From Gemmatimonadota bacterium (GTDB taxonomy: Bacteria > Gemmatimonadota > Gemmatimonadetes > Gemmatimonadales > GWC2-71-9), in contig JBMOPM010000168.1 in assembly GCA_049323575.1 (NCBI GenBank), positions 1-51,605 of the forward strand: a stretch of 51,605 nucleotides of DNA, written 5' to 3'. The number at the start of each line of letters is the position of its first letter. The stretch's first letter is position 1. The position numbers were made by a program, and so were the translations under genes. Under the pieces are notes generated by a model. That model was not told where the DNA came from. It worked only from the letters and a program-made list of their open reading frames with translations, and searched no databases. Positions 27,360-36,171 of the stretch are shown piece after piece.

Positions 27360-28369
27360 AGGGTGTCGCCGCGCTCGCCGCCGGGCTCGCCGTCCTCGTG
27401 CTGGGCCTCTGGGCCGCTGGATACGGCGCCCTGGCCGCGCTCTCGTCGCTGTGGCACGGGGCCTTCGGCTCCTGGGACGCGCTGGCCTCGGCCACCCTGG
27501 TCCGCGCGGTTCCGCTGATCGTGATCGGGCTGGGCTTTGCGCTGGCGTTGCGAGGCGGCGCGCTCAACATCGGTGCGGAAGGGCAGTTCTATCTGGGCGC
27601 CGTGGCGGCCACGTGGGTGGGACTCCACGCCGGGCGGCTGCCGGCCCCGGTGGCGGTGCCGGCGGTCCTCCTCGCCGGGGTGATGGCCGGCGCGCTGTGG
27701 ATGGCGGTGCCGGTGTGGCTCAAGCTTCGCTTCGGCGTGATCGAGGTGATCAGCACGCTGCTGCTCAACTTCGTGGCTGACGCGCTGGTGAGCCTCCTGG
27801 TGCAGGGCCCCCTGCAGGAGGCCAATCACATCTACCCGCAGAGCGATCCGATCGCGCTGGCGGCTCGTCTGCCCGGGCTTCCGGGCACGCGCCTGCATCT
27901 CGGCTTCGCTATCGCGCTCGCACTGGCGGCGCTGTTGTGGTTCGTGTTTCGCCGCACGCTCTGGGGATTCCAGCTGCGCGCCGTCGGCGCGGGGCCCCGC
28001 GCCGCGGAAGTCACGGGGCGCGTGGAGCCCCGCCGGTTCGCCGCGGCGGCGCTGCTGCTCTCCGGTGCCATCGCCGGCCTGGCCGGCGCGGTCGAGGTGA
28101 CTGGCGTCTCCTATGCGCTCTACCAGAACCTCTCGCCCGGCTACGGCTTCACCGGCATCGCCGTGGCGCTCCTTGCGCGACTCCATCCGATGGGCATCGT
28201 GGCGACCGGGATCCTGTTCGGCGCGCTGGAGGCGGGCGCCGGCGCCATGCAGCGCGAGGCCGGCATTCCCGCGGTGGCCGTCTACGTGGTGGAGGCCGTG
28301 GTGATCATCTCGGTGCTGCTGGCCGACCGGTTCGCGGCGGACTGGCGCGTTCGCCAGGCGGCCGGATGA
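27356..28369 (+). CDS. ABC transporter permease (BPD_transp_2 family)
   Basis: Polytopic, with N.G.EGQ at GGALNIGAEGQFYLGA. ATGA overlap with the ATPase gene. Confidence 0.85.
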   Translation: MKGVAALAAGLAVLVLGLWAAGYGALAALSSLWHGAFGSWDALASATLVRAVPLIVIGLGFALALRGGALNIGAEGQFYLGAVAATWVGLHAGRLPAPVAVPAVLLAGVMAGALWMAVPVWLKLRFGVIEVISTLLLNFVADALVSLLVQGPLQEANHIYPQSDPIALAARLPGLPGTRLHLGFAIALALAALLWFVFRRTLWGFQLRAVGAGPRAAEVTGRVEPRRFAAAALLLSGAIAGLAGAVEVTGVSYALYQNLSPGYGFTGIAVALLARLHPMGIVATGILFGALEAGAGAMQREAGIPAVAVYVVEAVVIISVLLADRFAADWRVRQAAG

Positions 28370-29283
28370 CCGACGCCGTCGAACTCGCCGGCGGGTTTGC
28401 CGCGGCCGCCGTGCGGCTGGCCACGCCGCTCCTGTTCGCGGCCACGGGCGAGACCATCACCGAGCGCTCGGGCGTGATCAACCTGAGCGTCGAGGGGGCG
28501 ATGCTCGCGGGCTGCCTCGCGGCGGCGCTCGGTGCCACGGCGGGCGGTGCCTGGGCCGGCGTGGCGGCCGCGACTGCCGCGGGGATGCTGATCGCCGCGA
28601 TCTTTGCCGCCGTGGCCATCGGCGCGCGGGTGGATCAGATCATCACGGGGACGGCCGTCACCCTGGGATGCGTGGGCCTCACCGGCGCCATCTACCGCCA
28701 GGCCTACGGGAGCGCCGGAGTGGGCCTCTCGCTGCCCACGCTCCCCGCCGTGAGTCTTCCTGGCCTGAGTGCCATCCCGGTGCTCGGTCCCGGACTCTTC
28801 TCCCAGCCGGTGCTGACCTATCTGGCCCTGGCGCTGGCGCCTCTCGCCTGGTGGGTGCTGTTCCGCACCCGGATCGGCCTGGCGCTCCGGGCTGCGGGCG
28901 AATCGAGCGAGTCGGCGCGGGCAGTCGGGGTTCCGGTGCAGGCGATGCGTTTCGGCGCCACGCTCGTGGGTGGGGCATTCGCCGGCTTGGCAGGGGCGAC
29001 GCTGGTGCTGGCGCAGGTGGGAACCTTCGCCGAGAAGATGACGGCGGGCCGCGGCTTCGTTGCCATCGCCATCGTGGTGCTGGGCCGCTGGAATCCCCTC
29101 GGCGCGATGGTCGCGGCGCTGGTCTTCGGCGCGGCCACCGCCTTGCAGTTCCTCTTCCAGGCGCTGGGGATCAAGGTGCCCTACCAGCTGTTCCTCATGT
29201 TCCCGTATGTGGTGACGCTGGTGGCATTGGCGGGAGCGGTGGGGAGGGTGAGGCCGCCGGCTGGGCTGGGGCGATCGTCATAA
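28366..29283 (+). CDS. ABC transporter permease (second subunit)
   Basis: ATGETITERSGVINLSVEGAM motif. ATGA overlap with the first permease. Confidence 0.85.
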   Translation: MTDAVELAGGFAAAAVRLATPLLFAATGETITERSGVINLSVEGAMLAGCLAAALGATAGGAWAGVAAATAAGMLIAAIFAAVAIGARVDQIITGTAVTLGCVGLTGAIYRQAYGSAGVGLSLPTLPAVSLPGLSAIPVLGPGLFSQPVLTYLALALAPLAWWVLFRTRIGLALRAAGESSESARAVGVPVQAMRFGATLVGGAFAGLAGATLVLAQVGTFAEKMTAGRGFVAIAIVVLGRWNPLGAMVAALVFGAATALQFLFQALGIKVPYQLFLMFPYVVTLVALAGAVGRVRPPAGLGRSS

Positions 29284-29346
29284 GGGTTGGAGGAGTACGG
29301 TCTTGCCCACCCGCCTGGGTCCCATCAGCAGCAGCGCACGACGTAC
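29278..29346 (-). pseudogene. truncated N-terminal Walker-A fragment of an AAA ATPase (AAA_14/DUF4143-like)
   Basis: The minus-strand translation RRALLLMGPRRVGKTVLLQPL* resembles the RKPLLL.G.RQVGKTTLL start of that family. It stops abruptly at the permease operon boundary, and the upstream part of ORF 29278..29673 is Arg/Pro-rich non-protein-like sequence. Confidence 0.4.
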
Positions 29347-29772
29347 CTTCACCCTGCCGCGCCAGCGGCAAGATGGCCTCCGAGATCGGCGCGGAGTCGA
29401 AGGGATCCCCGTGTCGACGGTATCTGATGAGGCGATCGCCACCACGGGTTCTCGATGGCCGGACGTTGGTTGACCTGCTCTGCTGGGATGTCTCGCATAG
29501 CGGGCCTCATCATAGCGGCAACCGGCCTGTGTCGCTGGTGTCAGTCGATTGATCTTATCGCAGCAATGGCGTGACACCTGTTGTGCCGCAACGACCTGAC
29601 GTCCGTGTGTCATGGGCCCTGGCGTCTGGTGCAAGCAGGCGAGCTCAGGCCCAAGCAAAAGACATCGACCCAACTTTAATTAGCGTTCCGCTGATCAAAG
29701 AACTTTTCCCTTGCGCCCGGCCAATCACGCCCTCGATGAGTCACCGGTCCACCGACCCCCACCATCCAAACC

Positions 29773-30642
29773 ATGAAACTCGTTTGCGCCTTGGCCCTGA
29801 CCGCGTCCGCCCTGCACGCTCAGGCCCCATCTACCGACATCTACCTCGTTCCCCTCGCGGGCGCCGGCGCCAGGCTCTCGCTTGGAGCGAAGAACGTCAC
29901 CCACCGGGTCGGCTACGACAACCAGCCATCCTGGACCGCCAGGAGCGATGGCTTCTTCTACACGGCGAACGTCGACGGGCAGACCGACATCTACCGGTAC
30001 GACCTCGCGGATGCCCGCGCCACGCGCATCACCGACACGCCCGAATCGGAGTACTCGCCCACGGTGATGCCCGACGGGAAGTCAGTGTCGGTCGTCCGGG
30101 TGGAGCGCGACTCGACCCAGCGGCTCTGGGCCTTCCCCATGGCAGGCGGCGCGCCGTCGCTGGTCCTGGAGCGGATCAAGCCGGTGGGCTATCACGTCTG
30201 GCTCGCCCCGGATCGTCTCGCGCTCTTCGTTCTCGGGGCACCGGCCACGCTGCAGCTCGCGGACCGGGAGACCGGCAATGCGACGGTCGTTGCGCACCAC
30301 ATCGGACGCACGCTGCTCCGCGTGCCGGGTACGAAGGAATTCAGCTTCGTGCAGTGGGAGGACAGCGCGGCGACGAAAGGCATGGTCAACCTATTCGATC
30401 CGGTCTCGGGCAAGCAGCGCCCGATCGCGCCGCTCCTGCCGGGCAACGAGTTCTACACCTGGGCGCCGGACGGAACGCTGCTCATGGGCAGCGGGTCCGT
30501 GATCTACCGCTGGGCGGCATCGGCCGGATGGCAGCCCGTGGGCGATCTCGCCTCGCAGGGGGTGACGGGGATCAGCCGCATGGCGGTGAGCCCGGATGGG
30601 AAGTGGATCGCCGTGGTGGCGGCGGAGCGGGCGACGAACTAG
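29773..30642 (+). CDS. secreted TolB-like / WD40-like beta-propeller repeat protein
   Basis: Signal peptide MKLVCALALTASALHAQA. Repeated ...D.QP.W..DG..F.Y......G..DIY.YD...... and SP.V.PDGK blocks. The final blade is MAVSPDGKWIAVVA. Confidence 0.7.
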   Translation: MKLVCALALTASALHAQAPSTDIYLVPLAGAGARLSLGAKNVTHRVGYDNQPSWTARSDGFFYTANVDGQTDIYRYDLADARATRITDTPESEYSPTVMPDGKSVSVVRVERDSTQRLWAFPMAGGAPSLVLERIKPVGYHVWLAPDRLALFVLGAPATLQLADRETGNATVVAHHIGRTLLRVPGTKEFSFVQWEDSAATKGMVNLFDPVSGKQRPIAPLLPGNEFYTWAPDGTLLMGSGSVIYRWAASAGWQPVGDLASQGVTGISRMAVSPDGKWIAVVAAERATN

Positions 30643-30658
30643 AGGCCGGCGGGGCTGT

Positions 30659-31780
30659 CTACGGCAGGAGTCGGGCGGCGGCGAGCATGAAGGCCTCGAG
30701 CTTCTCGGGATCCAGGCGTCCGCTGGTGCGCACGCCCGAGCAGACGTCGAGGCCGAACGGCTCGACCCGGTCGAGCGCCTCGGCCGCGTTGGAGGCATCG
30801 AGCCCGCCCGCCAGGTAGACCGGCACCCCGGCCTGCTCGCGGATGGCTCGGCTCACGTGCCAGTCATGCACGCGGCCGGTGCCACCCAGCTCCTTGACCG
30901 CGAGGGACGGGTTGCCGGAATCCAGCAGCAGCGCATCCACCGGCGGCGCCGCCGCCATGGCCTCGTCCACCGACGCGTCGCCGGTCACGTGGATCACTTG
31001 CCAGAGCCGCACGTCGGGGAGCGCCCGGCGGAGCGCCTCGTGCGCTCCCGGTGCGAGCCGGTCCACCAGTTGGATCACCGTCGTGCCGCACCGCCGATGT
31101 TGTGCGACGATCGCGCCCGGCTCGGTGAGCGACGTCAGCAGGACGGAGTCCACTCCCTCCGGCACCCGCACCGCGATCCGGGCGATCCGCTCCTCATCGA
31201 TCACGCCCGGGCCGCTGGGCATGTGGGAGACGAGTCCCAGGGCGTCGGCCCCCGCTGCCAGCGCCAGTCCGGCCTCGGCCTCGCTCATGATGCAGCAGAT
31301 CTTGATGCGCGGGCGAGGCGGGAGCACGCGCTCGTAGAACAGCGTGTCCTCCGGGTCGCTCTGGTACGGGGGGATCGGGCGGAAGCCCATCCGCTCGTAG
31401 AGGCGCCGCGCCGCGGTCATCTCCTCGACGGTGCCGAGGCGCACGCGACGGCATCCCATGCGGCTCGCGGTGGCGAGGAGCCGGCGCACCAGCGCCTTCG
31501 TGACGCCGCGGCCCCGGTATTCCTGCCGCACGAACATGCGCTTCAGCGCGCAGGAGCCATCCTCGAGCCGTTTCAGCGCGACGATGCCGGCGGGCTCCCC
31601 CGCCACGCGGGCCAGGAAGATGGCTCCGTTGGGCGGCGCGTACGGGCCAGGCAGGTCGTCGGCATCGGCTGCAATGCCGTCGGCGCCGAGATGCGGGGCC
31701 AGGGTGGAGGCATAGAGCCGGATGAGGTCAGCCGCCGCCGCGAGGTCGTCGTCGGCCTGGGCCGGGACAATGCGGATCAT
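30659..31780 (-). CDS. fusion protein: GNAT N-acetyltransferase (N) + phosphoribosylanthranilate isomerase TrpF (C)
   Basis: GNAT core FVRQEYRGRGVTKALVRRLL...YERMGF. After about aa 155, IKICCI...GADALGL...LLLDS...LGGTGRVHDW...VYLAGGL...GLDVCSGVR is TrpF-like. GAGGA Shine-Dalgarno. Confidence 0.8.
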   Translation of the reverse strand: MIRIVPAQADDDLAAAADLIRLYASTLAPHLGADGIAADADDLPGPYAPPNGAIFLARVAGEPAGIVALKRLEDGSCALKRMFVRQEYRGRGVTKALVRRLLATASRMGCRRVRLGTVEEMTAARRLYERMGFRPIPPYQSDPEDTLFYERVLPPRPRIKICCIMSEAEAGLALAAGADALGLVSHMPSGPGVIDEERIARIAVRVPEGVDSVLLTSLTEPGAIVAQHRRCGTTVIQLVDRLAPGAHEALRRALPDVRLWQVIHVTGDASVDEAMAAAPPVDALLLDSGNPSLAVKELGGTGRVHDWHVSRAIREQAGVPVYLAGGLDASNAAEALDRVEPFGLDVCSGVRTSGRLDPEKLEAFMLAAARLLP

Positions 31781-31839
31781 GGTTCGTCCTCGCCCGAGAT
31801 GTGCGCCGGGAGCCGCGTTCTGGCATCGGGTGCCGCGGC

Positions 31840-32595
31840 TCAGACCGGCTGCCGGCTCCGTGCCTCCGCGATCATGCTCCGCACCCGCGTCTTGAGCGCC
31901 TCGATATCGTGGTGGCCGAGCCCCGTCGTCTCGACCGGCGGCAACACCTGCACGTGCGCATCGGCCGGCCCCACACGCCAGTCATGCTTGTTGAGCGCGT
32001 GGCGGGTGCCGGTCACGGCGAGCGGGAGGATCGGCACGCCGGCGTCGATGGCGAGCCGGAACGCGCCGTCCTTGAAGGGCAGAAGCTCACCGGTGGCCGA
32101 GCGGGTCCCCTCCGCGAAGATCATGACGGACATGCCGCGCTCCAAGGTGTCCCGCGCCGTCCGCATGGCCTTTGCCGCGCTCCGGCTGGCGCCCCGGATG
32201 ATCGGAATGTCCCCCGAGAGTCGGAGCAGCCAGCCCAGCACCGGGATCCGGAACAGCTCCTGCTTGAACATCCACTTCATCTCCCAGGGGAGATGGCTGA
32301 TCAGGAAGATGTCCACGAACGATTCGTGGTTCGACACCACGACGCAGGCTCGCGAGGAGTCGCGATGCGCGATGCCCTCGACGGAGAAGCGCCAGAGCGG
32401 ACAGGCTCTCCCGGTGATGATGCCGACCCAGCGGAAGAGGCGGCCCACCGCATAGAGCTTCCGGTCGAACGGCTGCGTGACCGCGCGGACCACGGCCATC
32501 AGCGGCAGCCACAGCACGATGCACACGGCCAGCACGAACCAGGTCCAGGCCGAGACCAGCGTGACGCCCAACGCCCTCATCGACTCGCGGTTCAT
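31840..32595 (-). CDS. plsC: 1-acyl-sn-glycerol-3-phosphate acyltransferase
   Basis: NHESFVD (HX4D), FAEGTRS, N-terminal TM. The ATG overlaps the ltaE stop. Confidence 0.88.
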   Translation of the reverse strand: MNRESMRALGVTLVSAWTWFVLAVCIVLWLPLMAVVRAVTQPFDRKLYAVGRLFRWVGIITGRACPLWRFSVEGIAHRDSSRACVVVSNHESFVDIFLISHLPWEMKWMFKQELFRIPVLGWLLRLSGDIPIIRGASRSAAKAMRTARDTLERGMSVMIFAEGTRSATGELLPFKDGAFRLAIDAGVPILPLAVTGTRHALNKHDWRVGPADAHVQVLPPVETTGLGHHDIEALKTRVRSMIAEARSRQPV

Positions 32596-33647
32596 CCCTG
32601 CGCCGCATTCACCGCGCGTTCTATCGCCGCGGCGAACTCGTCCACGGCCTCAGGCGGCGTGTCGAACGCAGTCATCCAGCGGACTTCGTTGATCCGCCCG
32701 TTCCACACGTAGAAGTAGAACCGCTGCTGCAGCTCGGCGATGGCGCCCGCGGGCAGCGTGGCAAACACGGCGTTGGCCTCGACCGGCTGCGTGATGGTCA
32801 CGCCTGGCAGGTGGCGCACGGCGTCCGCGAGGCGGCGCGCCATGGCGTTCGCATGGGCCGCGTTCCGCCGCCAGAGTCCGTCCTCGAACATGGCGGCGAA
32901 CTGCGCGGCGACGAAACGCATCTTCGACGCCAGCTGCATGCCCTGCTTGCGGACGTACTTGAAGCTCTCGCCGAGACCGGGCCGGAGGAACACGACTGCC
33001 TCCGCGCCCATCGCACCGTTCTTGGTGGCGCCGAGCGAGAGGAGGTCGATGCCGACCTCGGTGGTCAGGGCCTTGAGGGGAACGTCCAGGCTCGCCGCGG
33101 CGTTGGCCAGCCGGGCGCCGTCCATGTGCACCAGGAGGTCGTGCTCGCGGGCGAACGCGGTGATGGCGCGCAGCTCCTCCGGCCGGTAGACGGTGCCCGC
33201 CTCGGTGGCCAGCGAGAGGGAGACCACGCGCGCCCGGACGTGGTGCTCGTCTCCCACGCGGATCAGGCGGGACCGGATCAGCTCGGGGACGAGTTTGCCG
33301 TCGGCCGCGGGCACGGTGAGCAGCTTGCACCCGATGTAGCGCTCGGGTGCGCCGCACTCGTCCACGTTGACGTGCGCCATCTCCGTGGAGATGACGGCCT
33401 CGTGGGGTCGAAGCACCGCGCTCAGGCCGAGCACGTTGGCCGCCGTGCCGTTGAGCACGAAATACGGCTCCGCGTCGGCCCCGAACTCGGCCTTGAGGAG
33501 GGCGGTGGCGCGCGCGGTCCACTCGTCCGCACCATAGGAGCGCGCGGCGCCGCGATTGGCGTCCAGCACGGCGGCCATGACGGCCGGGTGCACGCCCGCG
33601 GTGTTGTCGCTCGCGAAGGAGCGCAGTCGGTCGGCGGAATGAGTCAC
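32592..33647 (-). CDS. ltaE: low-specificity threonine aldolase / beta-eliminating lyase family (PLP)
   Basis: FASDNTAGVHP, NGTAANVLG, and SLGATKNGAMGAEAVVF carrying the PLP Lys. GTG start. Confidence 0.8.
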   Translation of the reverse strand: MTHSADRLRSFASDNTAGVHPAVMAAVLDANRGAARSYGADEWTARATALLKAEFGADAEPYFVLNGTAANVLGLSAVLRPHEAVISTEMAHVNVDECGAPERYIGCKLLTVPAADGKLVPELIRSRLIRVGDEHHVRARVVSLSLATEAGTVYRPEELRAITAFAREHDLLVHMDGARLANAAASLDVPLKALTTEVGIDLLSLGATKNGAMGAEAVVFLRPGLGESFKYVRKQGMQLASKMRFVAAQFAAMFEDGLWRRNAAHANAMARRLADAVRHLPGVTITQPVEANAVFATLPAGAIAELQQRFYFYVWNGRINEVRWMTAFDTPPEAVDEFAAAIERAVNAAQG

Positions 33648-33708
33648 GGGCGGTAGATACTACTTCGCCCAGAAGGCGGGGCAAGGCCCCACAGCGGCCC
33701 TGCTCCGG

Positions 33709-34233
33709 TCAGCCGGTCGGTTTCATGGAGCTTACGATGCGCGCCGTGGTCGCGATCTGCCCTGCGTGGCGCTGCGCGTGCTCCGCCGCGTGGAAGAGCA
33801 GCCCGAGCACGGTAGAGGGGAGCCGCTGGCGGCCCACCTCGCGCGGTGCGAGGAGACGGTCGGGCGGGACCCGGCGGAGCTGCTCGAGTGCCGACTCGAC
33901 GACGCGCCGTACCCCGCCCACCAGCTCGGTGGCGGTCATGGGCGGGTCGCCCGGGGTGCGCTCGCTGGCGAGAACCGCCCGCTGGTGTTCACTCAACTGC
34001 TCGCCGCGGGCATACGTGAAGAGGCGATCGGTAGCGCCGGCCAGGTGGCGGAGGTGAAAGCCGATCGAGGCGGCGCCTCCCGGCGTGGCCCAGATCTCTT
34101 CCGGGCCGAGCGGGAGGGCGGCGCGCTCGACATCCTCGAGCACGGCGAGCAACGCATGGGCCACCGGCTGCAGGTGAGGGTCGATGCCCGGCACCGGCCC
34201 GCGCAGCCAGACTTCCGGAAGCGGAGCATTCAT
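33709..34233 (-). CDS. DinB-family (DinB_2) four-helix-bundle metalloprotein
   Basis: The His triad context (HLRHLAG...HAAEHAQRHAGQI) is typical of DinB/YfiT-like proteins. ATG 34233 overlaps the VOC stop as ATGA. Confidence 0.75.
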   Translation of the reverse strand: MNAPLPEVWLRGPVPGIDPHLQPVAHALLAVLEDVERAALPLGPEEIWATPGGAASIGFHLRHLAGATDRLFTYARGEQLSEHQRAVLASERTPGDPPMTATELVGGVRRVVESALEQLRRVPPDRLLAPREVGRQRLPSTVLGLLFHAAEHAQRHAGQIATTARIVSSMKPTG

Positions 34234-34613
34234 GGGTGGGTTCCTTGTGCGCCCTCCGGCACCTTGTCGTCCCACAGGGCGAACACGTTGCCGTCCGGAT
34301 CCGCGATCATGGCCATGATGCCGAACGACTGCTGGGTAGGCTCCTTGACGAAGCGGACACCCTTCGCCATCAGCTCACCGCAGTAGTGCAGCAGACCGTC
34401 GACCCGCAGCGTGATGCCGGTCTCGCGGCCCACCATGGCCTTCGCGGCGGGATGGTTGGCCGGATGCACGCCGATGTGCGTGCCATCCTCGAAGAACTCG
34501 GCGCCGAACGAGCCCTGCCGGGTCACAGGCCAGCCGAGGGTATCCCGGTAGAAGGTAACCGCCCGATCGATGTCGGTGACGAAGATGGCGATGGAGTAGA
34601 GGGAAACGGTCAT
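34230..34613 (-). CDS. VOC (glyoxalase/bleomycin-resistance/dioxygenase) family protein
   Basis: IAIFVTDIDRAVTFYRDTLG..., ...FGIMAMIADPDGNVFALW. ATGA overlap with the deaminase stop. Confidence 0.8.
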   Translation of the reverse strand: MTVSLYSIAIFVTDIDRAVTFYRDTLGWPVTRQGSFGAEFFEDGTHIGVHPANHPAAKAMVGRETGITLRVDGLLHYCGELMAKGVRFVKEPTQQSFGIMAMIADPDGNVFALWDDKVPEGAQGTHP

Positions 34614-35185
34614 CCGTTGTAGATCTCCCCGCCCTGCCGCTGATACGCCTCCAGCACCTCGCAAGCCTCCTCGCGGAGGAGGCCTCGCGCGATCGTCACG
34701 CCGCGGGCCTCGAGGTAGGCGTAGGACTCGGGGAACACCGGGCCTTCCTCGAACCTGAGGCGCGTGACGTCCTCCCGCACCGCACCGCACACGATGCGCC
34801 GCACTCCGCTCCACAGCGTGCCGCCCAGGCACATCGCGCAGGGTTCGCAGGAGGTGAAGAGTTCGTGGCGGGGAAGGCCGGTTGCGTTGAGGGTGAACGA
34901 GCCCACGCGCCGGCCCGCCATCATGAACGCGACCATCTCCGCGTGCAGGGTGCAGTTGTTGTGGCGCACCACGCTGTTCATGCCCACGCTCACGAGCCGG
35001 CCGGAGTCCGCCTCGAAGATCGCCGCACCAAAGGGCCCGCCGGTGCCCTGCGCCACGTTGTGCCGGGCGAGCTGGATGGCGAGCCGCATGCGGGACCGAT
35101 CGTCCGGATAGCTCGCGGTCCAGTCGACGACGGCGTGAACCCACTCGGGCAGGGACACGGTCACCTGGAACACCGGCTCATGCAT
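34610..35185 (-). CDS. CMP/dCMP-type zinc deaminase (guanine/nucleoside deaminase-like)
   Basis: HAEMVAF and SCEPCAMCLG zinc motifs. ATG 35185 has GGAGG 8 nt upstream; an upstream ATG at 35200 is also possible. Confidence 0.8.
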   Translation of the reverse strand: MHEPVFQVTVSLPEWVHAVVDWTASYPDDRSRMRLAIQLARHNVAQGTGGPFGAAIFEADSGRLVSVGMNSVVRHNNCTLHAEMVAFMMAGRRVGSFTLNATGLPRHELFTSCEPCAMCLGGTLWSGVRRIVCGAVREDVTRLRFEEGPVFPESYAYLEARGVTIARGLLREEACEVLEAYQRQGGEIYNG

Positions 35186-36146
35186 CGACGTTGCCTCCAT
35201 CTTCGGTCCGCGCCGTCCCCGGGAGCGCCACCCGGATGTTGCGCCGCATCCCCGCGAGTCCGGGGCGCTCCAGCGGGGTGTCGCCGTAGCGCGCCGAGAA
35301 CTCCGCCTCCGTCATCCGATCGAAGTACCCGGGATCGGGCGGCAGCGTGGTCATCGGCGCGAACTCGGGTACCGACGTCGGCTCGGCGAAGCGCTGATTC
35401 CACGGGCACACATCGTTGCAGATGTCGCAGCCGAACGCCCAGCCCTGGAACTCGGGCACCAGGTCCGGCGGCGGCTCGCCCTTGTACTCGATCGTGAGGT
35501 ACGAGATGCAGCGGGTCGCATCGAGCACGCGGGGGCCGACGAACGCCTCCGTGGGGCACGCCTCCAGACATCGCGTACAACTCCCGCACCGGTCGGCCTC
35601 GAACGGGAGGTCGGGCGGCAGCGGGAGATCGGTGAAGACGCTTCCGATGAAGAAGAAGGATCCCGTGCCCGGCCGGATGAGCATGGTGTTCTTGCCGATC
35701 CAGCCGAGGCCTGCCCGCTGAGCCAGCTCCCGCTCGGGGACCGGCCCGGCGTCCACATACGCCCGTGCCACGGTCGCCCCCTGCGACCGCAGGAACTCGG
35801 CGAGTTGCTCCAGTCGCTTCCCGGTAACGCGATGGTAGTCCTTGCCGCGGGCATAGCGCGCGACTCGGGGCGGTGCCTGGTCGCCTTCCGTATAGTAGTT
35901 GTCGAGTACAACTACTATTGATCTGGCCTCGGGGACGATCCGCTGCGGTTCCTTCCTCCGTGCAGCCTGGCGGTGAAGATACCGCATGTTCCCGCCGTAT
36001 CCGGCCGCGAGCCAGCGGTCCAGCTCACCGGCGTGGGCCACCGGGTCGGGGGTCGTGATCCCGCAGGCGATGAACCCCAACTCGGCGGCGCGAGTCTTTA
36101 CGAGGGCGCTGGACTGTATGGTAGTAGTAATAGATACCTCGTACAA
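35178..36146 (-). CDS. queG: epoxyqueuosine reductase QueG
   Basis: CGSCTRCLEACPTEAF, CISYLTIE and CDICNDVCPWN (the two 4Fe-4S motifs) plus an N-terminal cobalamin-domain-like region. The start is uncertain. TTG 36146 gives an N-terminal length like known QueG and avoids overlap with the upstream ORF. ATG 36218 and ATG 36251 are in-frame alternatives. Confidence 0.8.
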   Translation of the reverse strand: MYEVSITTTIQSSALVKTRAAELGFIACGITTPDPVAHAGELDRWLAAGYGGNMRYLHRQAARRKEPQRIVPEARSIVVVLDNYYTEGDQAPPRVARYARGKDYHRVTGKRLEQLAEFLRSQGATVARAYVDAGPVPERELAQRAGLGWIGKNTMLIRPGTGSFFFIGSVFTDLPLPPDLPFEADRCGSCTRCLEACPTEAFVGPRVLDATRCISYLTIEYKGEPPPDLVPEFQGWAFGCDICNDVCPWNQRFAEPTSVPEFAPMTTLPPDPGYFDRMTEAEFSARYGDTPLERPGLAGMRRNIRVALPGTARTEDGGNVDA

Positions 36147-36171
36147 CTGGCTGCGAACCGCTCCGCGATCG

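Noticed and set aside
29278-29673. 131-aa minus-strand ORF as an intact gene
   Set aside because: Only the last ~22 residues look protein-like (P-loop). The ORF ends inside the permease stop region and its N-terminal 100 aa are not protein-like. I report it as a truncated relic instead.
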